Positions 9,601-24,060 of a DNA stretch of 64,000 nucleotides are shown in pieces (positions within the stretch are counted from its first letter, which is position 1; every line of letters begins with the position of its first letter). Location: positions 512,001 through 576,000 of the forward strand of contig CAVZLN010000003.1 of assembly GCA_963776245.1 (NCBI GenBank), given 5' to 3'. A model generated the notes under the pieces. The model ran no database searches and was not told the origin of the DNA. It worked only from the letters and a program-made list of their open reading frames with translations. The DNA is from Candidatus Eiseniibacteriota bacterium. Lineage in GTDB: Bacteria > Eisenbacteria > RBG-16-71-46. Made by a program: the position numbers and the translations under genes.

Positions 9601-10362
9601 GTGATGAATCCAGCGACCCGCTGGTGTTCCGCCTCCGTGATCGCCGTCGGGGTGCTCGCGTCCGCGATGGCCGCGATCGGCGCGGGCACGACCCCTTCGG
9701 CGAGCCAGCTGGCGCGCGGCGAGCGCGCCTACCTGGCCTACTGTGCGATGTGCCACGGCGACAACGGCGCGGGCGATGGCCCGCTGGCGGCCGCCCTCAC
9801 CCGGGAGGCCGCGGCGGTGCCGCTGCGCCTCGACGACGCGACCCGTCTGCAATCGCTCGGGAGCGCGGGCCTGCGGCGCGTGATCACGCTCGGGGGTGCG
9901 CACACGCAGCGCTCGAACATGATGCCGGCGTGGGGCGAGCGGCTGGGCCCGAAGCTCATCGACGACATCGCCACGTTCATCGCGACGCTGCCGGGCCGCC
10001 GGTCCGAGGGTGTGCCTGCGGCGACGCTGCAGAAGTACCTGAGCGCGCCCCGGGGCAGCAGTGACGCGGGGCGCAAACTGTTCGTCTACTACTGCACCTC
10101 GTGCCACGGCCCCTTTGGCAAGGGCGATGGATTCAACGCCGATACGCTGCGCGTGCGCCACAACATCCGGCCGCGCAACCTGACCGACCGGGCCTACATG
10201 GAGAAGCGCTCGGACCAGGACCTCTACGCCGTCATCGCGCTCGGCGGCGGACACCAGGGCAAGTCGAACTTCATGCCCGCCTGGACCTATTCCCTGCAGC
10301 CCGGGCAGATCAAGAGCCTGGTGGCCTACATCCGGACGATCTCGGGCACCACCCCGCATTGA
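9601..10362 (+). CDS. Periplasmic diheme cytochrome c
   Basis: RBS AAAGGAG, signal peptide, CAMCH and CTSCH each followed by a distal MPAW motif. Confidence 0.88.
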   Translation: MMNPATRWCSASVIAVGVLASAMAAIGAGTTPSASQLARGERAYLAYCAMCHGDNGAGDGPLAAALTREAAAVPLRLDDATRLQSLGSAGLRRVITLGGAHTQRSNMMPAWGERLGPKLIDDIATFIATLPGRRSEGVPAATLQKYLSAPRGSSDAGRKLFVYYCTSCHGPFGKGDGFNADTLRVRHNIRPRNLTDRAYMEKRSDQDLYAVIALGGGHQGKSNFMPAWTYSLQPGQIKSLVAYIRTISGTTPH

Positions 10363-10420
10363 CCGCCGGAAGGTCCCCGGCGGGATGCCCGGACGGCGCC
10401 GTGGGCAACGTCGCTCGCGT

Positions 10421-10837
10421 TCAGGAGAGCGCGGCGCGCCCTTCGCTGGCGGTGCGGCGGCGGCGGACCAGCGCGGCCTGCACCGCCTGGCGCAGTTCAT
10501 CGCCCTCGACCGGGCTGACCGCGTAGTACACGGGCTGCAGCTCGCGCACCATCTTCTCGGTGTGGAGCGAGCCCTCCTCGGCCACCAGCACCACGGGAAG
10601 GTCGGGCAGCAGGCGGCGCACCAGCTGGAGCACCGCGAGGTCGGCCGCCTGCTGGCGGCGGAGGGTGTAGATCAGCACGTCGGGACGATGGTGGACCAGC
10701 TCCTCGATGAGGAGGTCCCGGTTCTCGCCGTGGATCAGGCGAAGGCCCTCGGCGCGGAGAGCGGCACAGACCGATTCGCCCGCTCGATCGGGGCAGAGGC
10801 AGAACACCAGGGCCGGCATCGTCGGCTTCTCCCGCAT
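10421..10837 (-). CDS. Stand-alone atypical receiver-domain protein (start could be 10819 or 11032)
   Basis: Receiver-like pattern (PDVLIYTL..LPDLPVVLVA..SPVEGDELRQAV) without the acidic pocket, phospho-Asp or conserved Lys. Confidence 0.65.
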   Translation of the reverse strand: MREKPTMPALVFCLCPDRAGESVCAALRAEGLRLIHGENRDLLIEELVHHRPDVLIYTLRRQQAADLAVLQLVRRLLPDLPVVLVAEEGSLHTEKMVRELQPVYYAVSPVEGDELRQAVQAALVRRRRTASEGRAALS

Positions 10838-11126
10838 CGCTTCCACTGCGCGCCCGGCCGCGGCCCCGGACGCCACCCCGCCGACACGCGCTGCGCCTGA
10901 CTGGAATAAAGAGCGGGGCGCCACCTTCAGGACCCCCCACGGCGAGAAGAGCCTTGAACCCCTGGACCCTTCCGCCAAGTCACGAGTGGACACCCCGCCC
11001 CAGAACTCGCTCGCATCGTCGCCTCGCCTCATGGTCCGAGGACCGGCGTCGCTGCGCTGATTTGTCGTTCAGCCTCCCCGTCCCTTGAGGATCGCGAGAG
11101 GCGCCGCTGCGTACACCGATGCATTC

Positions 11127-11142
11127 AGCAACCCGCGTGCCC
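11127..11142 (-). promoter_or_regulatory. Sigma-54 -24/-12 promoter
   Basis: Minus strand reads GGGCACGCGGGTTGCT, matching GGCACG-N4-TTGC; intergenic, just downstream of an enhancer-binding protein gene. Confidence 0.75.
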
Positions 11143-11240
11143 GCGTGAAACGATTCTCATGGCGGGCGCAACTTGTTGCGGTGCATGGGAGCGATGGTGC
11201 GGAGGAACGTCCGGGGCTCCCGCCGGATGACGCGTCCGAC

Positions 11241-11275
11241 CTGACAGAACTGCGGCGGGACTGCAAGCCTGACAG
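11241..11275. promoter_or_regulatory. Putative paired upstream activator sequences
   Basis: CTGACAGAACTGCGG and CTGCAAGCCTGACAG, about 100-135 bp upstream of the -24 element. Confidence 0.4.
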
Positions 11276-11446
11276 GTGAGAAGCGATGAGGCGCTCGCCC
11301 ACCGGGCCGAGACCGCGACCTTCACCCCCCGGGCCGCCCATCCGCGACCCACGGCGGGAGCGCGGCGGCTCGCGCGGCGGGACCGCGTCCGCGGAGGCGT
11401 GACCCCTGCGCGATCGCCGCACCCGGGCGGGCGGGGAGGCGAAGGG

Positions 11447-12800
<1,354 letters not shown>

Positions 12801-12808
<8 letters not shown>

Positions 12809-14017
12809 CACTGCCTCCCGGACCCTGAACGGGCAGGCGCACGACGAACCGCGCCCCCCCGCCGGGCGGGCTCTCCACCCGGATGGTGCCGCCGTGGCGG
12901 CTGACGATGCGCTGCGTGATCGAGAGCCCGAGCCCGGTCCCCTGGCCCACCGGCTTGGTGGTGAAGAACGGGTCCCAGATGCGGTCGAGGTGCTCCGGCG
13001 CGATGCCCGGTCCGTCGTCCTCGACGCCGAGCGCGACCCAGTCGCTCTCGGCGCGCGTGTGACACGGTGAGGATGGCCGCCGCCCGGCATCGCCTGGACC
13101 GCGTTCATCATCAGGTTCATGCACACCCCGCGCATGCCGCCCTCGCGCGCCCAGATCGGCGGGCAGCGCGGGGTCGAGGTCCTCGACCACCTTGCACGCT
13201 GGACTTGCGCGTCTGGAAGCGAGCAGCGACAGCGTGTCGCGCACCGCGCGATTCAGATCCACCCAGCCGGGCCGACCGAGTACGGCTGGGCCAGCAGCAT
13301 GAGCTTGTCGGTGGTCTCGCGGCAGCGTCGCGCCTCCCGCTCGAGCACCTCGAGCACCTCGGACGCCTCGCCGAGGCTCTGCTCGGCCGAAGTCGCCCGC
13401 GCTGGACCCAGCGCTGCAGGCTCTCGACGCCCGCGAGCACCGAGGCGAGCGGGTTGTTGACCTCGTGCGCCACGCCCGCCGCGAGCATGCCGAGCGAGGC
13501 CAGGCGCTCGCTGTGCGAGAGCTGGCTCTCGAGCTTGCTGCGCTCGGAGATGTCGCGCCACACCTGGACCACGTGGGTGACGTGCCCGCCCTCGTCCACC
13601 ACCGGGTTGAACGTGGCCTCCCAGCGCCGCAGCACGCCACTCGGCATCGGGGAGGCTGCGGATGCGGCGCACCGGCCGGCCGTCGTGCAGCACGTCGGCC
13701 GAGGCGCACTCGCCGCAGATCGCGCCAGCGCGGTTCTCGGGGCACTGCAGCGTGTCGCGGCACAGCCCGTGGAGCGTCCATCCGGACTTGATCCCGAACT
13801 CCTCCACGTAGCGGCGATTCGCCGCCACCACGCGCTGCTCCCGGTCCACGACCACCACGGCGTCGCTCAGCGCATCGACCAGGTACGGCAGGATCTGGCG
13901 GACCTGCTCGAGGTCGAATCGCTCGGCGCCCGCGTTCGTCAGCGGGACGAGCGGGATCGACACCGGAGGCACGACGTCGTTGGAGGCGGGCGTGACAGGA
14001 CGGGGCTGCGGGTTCAT
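12801..14017 (-). CDS. PAS-domain sensor histidine kinase, broken by about six frameshifts
   Basis: Pieces in all three minus frames: [15 protein letters not shown]-box, [10 protein letters not shown]-box, [21 protein letters not shown]. Confidence 0.85.
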
Positions 14018-14167
14018 GGGAGGTCCTCGAGAACCCTGACAGATTGGCAGGATTGCCGCCCCGACGCAAGCGACCCGGTCGCGATGGTCGCTGGAGAACC
14101 CTTGTGGCGACTGGCGCTTCCACCCGCGCGCCGGTCCCGTCGGGGACCGGAAGAGACCGGCGGCCGC

Positions 14168-14407
14168 CTAGGTACGGCGGAGTTCGCGCTCGGCCTGCAG
14201 CCAGTGCTCGAGCGACCGCCCGTGCCGGCCGTCGCGCAGGAAGATCTCGTAGGCGCGGCGTTCGATCTCCTCGTGCGCGGGCGCTCCCCCGGTCACGGCG
14301 ATCCGCGGCGCGCGGGTGGTGCGGCGGCGCGGCGCGGTGCCCCCCGCGGTCTTCGCACGGGAGGGGGTGCGCGTGCGAGCGGAGGGCGTCTTCTCCGAGC
14401 GGCTCAT
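14168..14407 (-). CDS. DUF2934-like small protein with basic low-complexity N-terminus
   Basis: [41 protein letters not shown]. Confidence 0.8.
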   Translation of the reverse strand: MSRSEKTPSARTRTPSRAKTAGGTAPRRRTTRAPRIAVTGGAPAHEEIERRAYEIFLRDGRHGRSLEHWLQAERELRRT

Positions 14408-14712
14408 CGTCGGGGTGACTCCTTTCGTCGCGACGGGCAGGCACGGACTGGCGACCTTCCACTCAGAGGTCGCGGGCGCCTGGGCGCGCCTGCCCCTTCG
14501 ATCAGCGACCGCGACAGGATTGCAGGGATCGGCTCGTCTGACAAGTCCCCTCCGCCCTCCGACGCCGGAGCGCGCGTCGACATCGCGGAGCGCGCGCGAC
14601 GGCGCCGGGCGCGCGCCGGTGGCTCGTTTCACTCCCGGATTTCCAGCATGCGATGGATGTCGCGTTCGCGCGTGCGGTTCCCGCGTGCGGATTCCGCGGC
14701 GAAAAAATCCTG

Positions 14713-14755
14713 TTGCCGAACGCGCCGCGAGCGGGCATAACACTCGATACCGTTC
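14713..14755 (+). promoter_or_regulatory. Putative sigma-70 promoter with overlapping degenerate NrdR box
   Basis: TTGCCG-N17-CATAAC followed by ACACTCGATACCGTTC, upstream of nrdJ. Confidence 0.35.
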
Positions 14756-14944
14756 GCCGTGATCGACTCCTCGCAGGCGGACGGGATGCACCTTCCCACA
14801 CGCCATCGACACCGCGCAGCACGCAGTCGTCGGAGCGGGCCAGACCGGGCCGGCGAGGAAGTCTCGTCTCTCGAATCGCCGCCGCGGCCTGGCAGCGGAC
14901 CATGGAGGGGTGCCGCGTCCAGCGAGGACCAGGGAGGTCCCCAA

Positions 14945-18125
<3,181 letters not shown>

Positions 18126-18244
18126 TCGCTCGCTCGCGATAGGGGAGCGCGCACGGGCGGGACCTCCGGGTTCCGCCCGGCGCGTCGGTGGCCGGCGCGC
18201 CGGCGCTTGCCGCGCGGACGGCGCATCGGGCAGAGTCCCGCCCC

Positions 18245-19369
<1,125 letters not shown>

Positions 19370-19396
19370 CGGCGGGCGCGGGCCCGCACGGCGGGG

Positions 19397-20764
19397 CTAG
19401 GCCGCGGCGAGGTCGGGCAACTGACGATCGACCTCGGCGGCGAGGGCGTCGAGGGCCAGCGGGCACAGCCCGGTGCCGCGGTCCTTCTCCATCAGGCGCA
19501 GCGCCACGTCGTCCGGCAGGGCCGGGCGATAAGGGCGGGCCGCGGTGAGCGCCTCGAAGATGTCCGCCACCGCGAGCACGCGCGATTCCACCGCCAGCGC
19601 CTCGGCGCGCAATCCGCGATGATATCCGCGCCCGTCGAGTCGCTCGTGATGCGAGCCCGCGATGCGCGCGAGGTGGCGGAAGCCACGCACGTGCTCGAGG
19701 ATGCGCTGGGTGTAGTACGGATGCATGCGCACCGCGTCCCACTCCGCGCTGTTGAGCGGTCCGGCCTTGTCGAGGATCGCGTTCGGCAGCGCCAGCTTGC
19801 CGATGTCGTGGAGCAGCGCCGCCCGCCGGAGATCGTCGCGCGATTCCCGCGACAGGCCGAGCTGCTCCGCGAGCCCCATCGCGATCCCGGTGACGCGGCG
19901 CGAATGCTCCGCGGTGAAGGGGGACTTTGCATCCACGACGTCCGCGAATCCCTGCGCGATGCGGTCGAGGGTGCCGGGGCCGGCGATGAGGGACGCCCGG
20001 CCGGGCTCTGCCTCGCCCACCGCGTCGTGCAGCGCATGCCCGCCCAGCGCCAGCGCCTCGACCACGTCGGGCTCGAGGCCACGACAGGCCTCCACCACCA
20101 TCGGGTCGAACCACCGTCCGCCCTTCGCGCGCACCATCTGGAGCGCGAGCGCGGCGCCGCCGGCGGTGGCGTGGATCTCGATCGCCTGGGCCACCGCCAT
20201 GACGCGCGCGAGCACCGGGATGGCCGCGCCGGCGTACGCGCCCGGCTGGCCGCTGCCGTCCCAGCGCTCGTCGAGCGCGCGCACGGCGGCCGCGGCGCGC
20301 GCGCCGAGCCCCATGCGTTCGACCAGCGCGCCGCCGTTCGCGCTGCGGGTCTCGACCATCCCCGCGGCGGCCGCCGCTCCGTCGTGCACCAGCGTGAGCG
20401 CGCGACGCGCCCGCTGAAGCCACGAGCGGCCGCGGGTGTCGAGCGCCAGCGCCACGCGCGCGGCGCCGAGCCCGCGCGTGCCATCCACGCGGCGCAGCCC
20501 ATGGAGCGCCTCGTGATCGTCGCCGCCGAACAATTCGAACACGCGCGCGGAGCGGCTCGAGCCGCCGATGTCCTTGAGCATGAGCGCGTAGTAGAGGTCG
20601 CGCTGCTCGATCAACGGCAGATCGAGACGCTGCGCGATCCGCATGCCGATGAGGCAGCTGCGCATCGCGTGTCCCATCGGCTGGCTCTCCGCGAGATCGA
20701 GCGCGAACGAGAGCGCGGCGAGGACCTCGGAGACCCGGACGGCCTCGGTGTCGTGGTCGGTCAT
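19397..20764 (-). CDS. HD-GYP phosphodiesterase with degenerate N-terminal HD domain
   Basis: LSFALDLAE..GHAMR, LMLKDIG (degenerate); C-terminal DAKSPFTAEHS, LHDIGK, HHERLDGRGYH, VADIFEAL, RPYR. Confidence 0.88.
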   Translation of the reverse strand: MTDHDTEAVRVSEVLAALSFALDLAESQPMGHAMRSCLIGMRIAQRLDLPLIEQRDLYYALMLKDIGGSSRSARVFELFGGDDHEALHGLRRVDGTRGLGAARVALALDTRGRSWLQRARRALTLVHDGAAAAAGMVETRSANGGALVERMGLGARAAAAVRALDERWDGSGQPGAYAGAAIPVLARVMAVAQAIEIHATAGGAALALQMVRAKGGRWFDPMVVEACRGLEPDVVEALALGGHALHDAVGEAEPGRASLIAGPGTLDRIAQGFADVVDAKSPFTAEHSRRVTGIAMGLAEQLGLSRESRDDLRRAALLHDIGKLALPNAILDKAGPLNSAEWDAVRMHPYYTQRILEHVRGFRHLARIAGSHHERLDGRGYHRGLRAEALAVESRVLAVADIFEALTAARPYRPALPDDVALRLMEKDRGTGLCPLALDALAAEVDRQLPDLAAA

Positions 20765-21041
20765 GGAAGGGCGCACACCGCCTACATCGGCCGGCGGGCC
20801 GGATGTCGCGAGTTGCAAGGTGCCCTGCGCGTTGCGCCGCGCACGGCCGTCCGGTGCCGGACGGCCGACGCCTGCCGTCTCGCCCCCGCGGCCACCCGGG
20901 CCATGATGACTGGCGCCGCCCGGGAGCGGCGGCATACACTGAAGATGGCATCGATACCGCACTTCCGGCCCCGATCCGGTCCGTGGACGCTCACGGCCGG
21001 GCGCGGTCGGGCCCTGCTCGTCACCCTGCCCAGGAGTCTCC

Positions 21042-23027
21042 ATGGCCCCCGCGCGCTGGAGCGCGTCCCGGCAGCTCGCGCTGCTCCTCACCGTTCTCGC
21101 GGTGTCCGTGTCCACGCCTGCCCACGCGCTCAAGGTGGCGACGTGGAACCTCTGGCAGTACCCCACGAGCCTGCTCTCCACGCGCCAGCCCAACATGCGG
21201 ATCGTGATGGCCGGGCTCGATCCGGACGTCATCATGGTGCAGGAGCTCGACAACGGGAACGGCGCGGCGGCGACCGACACGTTCCTCAACGTGCTGCGCG
21301 CGGCGCTGCCCGCCCGGGTGTGGAAGACCCATGGCTACTTCGCCAGTTCCGAGAGCGCGATCTACTGGGACTCCCTCAAGGTGAACGTCACCGACGTCAC
21401 GTCCCTCGTCGTCGGATCCTACCGGACCGTCCTGCGGGGCACGGTGAAGCCGCTCGGCTATGTGTCGAACCAGTCGTGGTTCCGGCTCTATTCGTTCCAC
21501 CTGAAGGCCGGCAACACGCCCGCCGACGCGACCACGCGCGCCGCCGAGTGCTCGAACCTGCGCGCTTCGATCAACACGGCGAGCGTGCCCGTATGGGGCC
21601 CGAACTTCCTGGTCGGCGGGGACTCGAACTTCTACACCGCCGACGAGCAGGGCTACATCAACCTCACCCAATCGGGGACCAACAACAACGGGCGCTCCAA
21701 GGACCCGCTCACCATGCCGGGCAACTGGCACATCAACGTGAACTACGCGATCCACATGTCGCAGTGTCCGTGCAACACCGGCTGCCTCGCGGGCTTCTCG
21801 GGCGGCGGGCTGGACGACCGCTTCGATCTCCTCATGTCCGCGTATGCGATGCAGGACGGTCAAGGGCTCGACCTGGTCCCGGCCGCCAGCGGGGGCTACG
21901 GCGCGTACGGCAACGACGGCTTCCACTTCAACGCCAACATCGACGACTTCACCAATTACGCGGTCGGCAACGTCATCGCGACCGCGCTCAAGAACGCCTC
22001 CGACCACATCCCGGTGTTCGCCATCGTGCAATTGCCGTCCAAGGTGGTGGCAGCCTCGGCGCTCGACTTCGGCAGCGTGCTGGTGGGCGCCGCCGCGGCG
22101 CAGTCCTTCGCGGTCTCGAACGGCGCGGTGGCGCCCGCCGACGGGCTCACCTATACGCTCACCGCGCCGGCCGGCTTCACCGCCCCGGCCGGGACCTTCG
22201 AGGCCGCGGCCGGTGCGGCCGCGAACGCCCACGAACTCGGCATGGACACCGTCGTGCGGGGCGGCCGGAGCGGGGTGCTCGTGGTCGCCAGCGACGCCCC
22301 CGACTCGCTCGCCAAGAACGTCCTGCTCTCCGGCACCGTGCTGTCGCACGCCGTGCCCTCGCTCGACTCGCTCACGGTGGTGGTGCGTGACACGCTCGAT
22401 CTCGGCGCGCAGTTGTCGGGCGCGTTCACCGACGGCGCGGTACGCGTGCACGATCAGGCCTGGGACGCGCTCACGGCGCGCCTCGCGGTGAGCGGCGCGA
22501 ACCTCGCGGGCGGCGCCGGGCGATTCACGCTCGTGGGAGGCTTCACGCCCGTCCTGCTCGGCGACACCGGCCACACCTGGAACGTGCACTTCGACGACGC
22601 CGGCGCCGCCACCGACACCACGTACGAAGCCACGCTCACCTTCACCGGCTCCGACGAGCCGCTGCCGGGAGCGACCGCGGCCCCCGACCTCACCGTGCTG
22701 CTGCGCGCGCACCCGCTGCCCGGGACGGGCGGCATGGGAAGCGGACCGCTCGCGCTGCGCTTCACCCCCGCGCGCCCCAACCCATTCAGCGCCGCGACGC
22801 GATTCGGGTTCGAACTGCCGCACGCCGCGCCGGTCACGCTCGACGTGTTCGACCTCACCGGTCGCCGCGTGGCGAGCCTCGCTCGGGGAGAGTTCGGCGC
22901 CGGACGCCACGAGGTGGACTGGAACGGGCTCGAGGGTTCCGGGGCGCGTGCGCCCGCCGGGCTCTACTTCGTGCGCTTCACCACCCCCGGCCTCATCCGC
23001 ACCAACCGCCTCGCCCTGCTTCCCTGA
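21042..23027 (+). CDS. Secreted endonuclease/exonuclease/phosphatase-family protein with Ig-like domains and FlgD-like C-terminal domain
   Basis: Signal peptide, KVATWNL, DVIMVQE, HLKAG, GGDSN, DRFD, SDHIPV; tail PNPF..FDLTGRRVA..W..AGLYFVR. Confidence 0.85.
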   Translation: MAPARWSASRQLALLLTVLAVSVSTPAHALKVATWNLWQYPTSLLSTRQPNMRIVMAGLDPDVIMVQELDNGNGAAATDTFLNVLRAALPARVWKTHGYFASSESAIYWDSLKVNVTDVTSLVVGSYRTVLRGTVKPLGYVSNQSWFRLYSFHLKAGNTPADATTRAAECSNLRASINTASVPVWGPNFLVGGDSNFYTADEQGYINLTQSGTNNNGRSKDPLTMPGNWHINVNYAIHMSQCPCNTGCLAGFSGGGLDDRFDLLMSAYAMQDGQGLDLVPAASGGYGAYGNDGFHFNANIDDFTNYAVGNVIATALKNASDHIPVFAIVQLPSKVVAASALDFGSVLVGAAAAQSFAVSNGAVAPADGLTYTLTAPAGFTAPAGTFEAAAGAAANAHELGMDTVVRGGRSGVLVVASDAPDSLAKNVLLSGTVLSHAVPSLDSLTVVVRDTLDLGAQLSGAFTDGAVRVHDQAWDALTARLAVSGANLAGGAGRFTLVGGFTPVLLGDTGHTWNVHFDDAGAATDTTYEATLTFTGSDEPLPGATAAPDLTVLLRAHPLPGTGGMGSGPLALRFTPARPNPFSAATRFGFELPHAAPVTLDVFDLTGRRVASLARGEFGAGRHEVDWNGLEGSGARAPAGLYFVRFTTPGLIRTNRLALLP

Positions 23028-23227
23028 CCGGCGACGTCCGCGGGCCCGCGATCGACGGGCGCGTGTCCGACGCACGCCAGCACCGGCAGTCGGGGGTAGC
23101 GCGCGAAGCGCGGGTCGGAGGCGGCGCGTTCGCACAGCACGAAGACGCTGCGCGGTGTCACGACCTTCCGTGCGTACCGACAGTCGCCGCAGCATCCGGG
23201 CGGCGGGGGCGGATCGGATGGGTTCAT
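22964..23227 (-). CDS. Small Cys-rich hypothetical protein
   Basis: CGDCRYAR..FVLCERAASDPRFARYPRLPVLAC resembles a small conserved 4-Cys family; tail overlaps the convergent gene by 64 nt. Confidence 0.55.
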   Translation of the reverse strand: MNPSDPPPPPGCCGDCRYARKVVTPRSVFVLCERAASDPRFARYPRLPVLACVGHAPVDRGPADVAGQGSRARRLVRMRPGVVKRTK

Positions 23228-23516
23228 GTCCCCATCTGATGCGCGGATGGGCCCAGCGGCCGAGCCGGCCGAGTCGGCCGGGCCGCGGGCGGGCCGGCGG
23301 CCGGCCCTGACCGCCGACGGCGCCGTGTCGGAGCGTGGACCGTCGCCGTCACCCGATGGCGGGACCGAACCCGTTGCGGCGCAGGCGGGTCATGGACCGG
23401 CTGTCGGCCCGCCTTACGATTCCGCGGCGGCGGCGGCGTCCGCGGGAGTGCCGCACGAGGGCCCGGGATGTCCGAGGGCCCTTGGACTCTGGGGGTTAGG
23501 GGAACGACCGCATGGC

Positions 23517-23531
23517 CGGTACGGGTCTTGC
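23517..23531 (+). promoter_or_regulatory. Sigma-54 -24/-12 promoter of the PEP-CTERM gene
   Basis: CGGTACGGGTCTTGC (GG-N10-GC with TTGC), 67 bp before the ATG. Confidence 0.6.
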
Positions 23532-23597
23532 GAGAGCGTGGTTGGAATCGAAGAAGTCTCCGTGTTCAGACCCCAGTGCCCGGAGGAAGTCCTCCCC

Positions 23598-23909
23598 ATG
23601 AAGAAGCTACTCGTCAGCCTGCTGCTCCTGGTGCTCATGGCCGGCGCCGCCCAGGCCTACACCAAGACCAGCCCCGCGCCCCAGGGTGCCCCCCGACCCG
23701 CGACCGCCAGCCCGGGCTACCTGAGCCCCGCAGGCGCGGGAGATGTCGTGATCGGCTCGAACTTCCAGAGCGGCGACGACCTCCTCGACGTGCGTCGTCG
23801 GCACAAGAGGCCGACCCGCCCGGTTCCCGAGCCCGGGACCATGGCGCTCGCCTCGATGGGACTGCTCGCACTCGGAGCTGCCGCGCGCAAGCGCAGCGCT
23901 CGCGGATAG
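23598..23909 (+). CDS. Small PEP-CTERM sorting-domain protein
   Basis: RBS GGAGG; signal MKKLLVSLLLLVLMAGAAQA; C-terminal VPEPGT, TM helix, RKRSARG. Confidence 0.9.
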   Translation: MKKLLVSLLLLVLMAGAAQAYTKTSPAPQGAPRPATASPGYLSPAGAGDVVIGSNFQSGDDLLDVRRRHKRPTRPVPEPGTMALASMGLLALGAAARKRSARG

Positions 23910-23938
23910 CGCTCCACCCGGCCGGCAGTGCCGGGCCC

Positions 23939-23982
23939 GCGGCGGCGAAGGGGTCACACCTCCTCGCCGCCGCTTCCTTGTT
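23939..23982 (+). terminator. Rho-independent terminator
   Basis: GCGGCGGCGA/TCGCCGCCGC stem followed by TTCCTTGTT. Confidence 0.65.
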
Positions 23983-24060
23983 CCCCCCCGATCCGGGGTC
24001 GATGCGGGCGCATGCGCTAGAATCCCGCGCCATGCTCGTCCTCCCATCATCCCCCGGCGC

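Noticed and set aside
14430..14700. Sigma-54 promoter or cobalamin riboswitch between DUF2934 and nrdJ
   Set aside because: Candidates such as GGCACGGACTGGC have 9-nt rather than 10-nt spacing; no B12-box recognised
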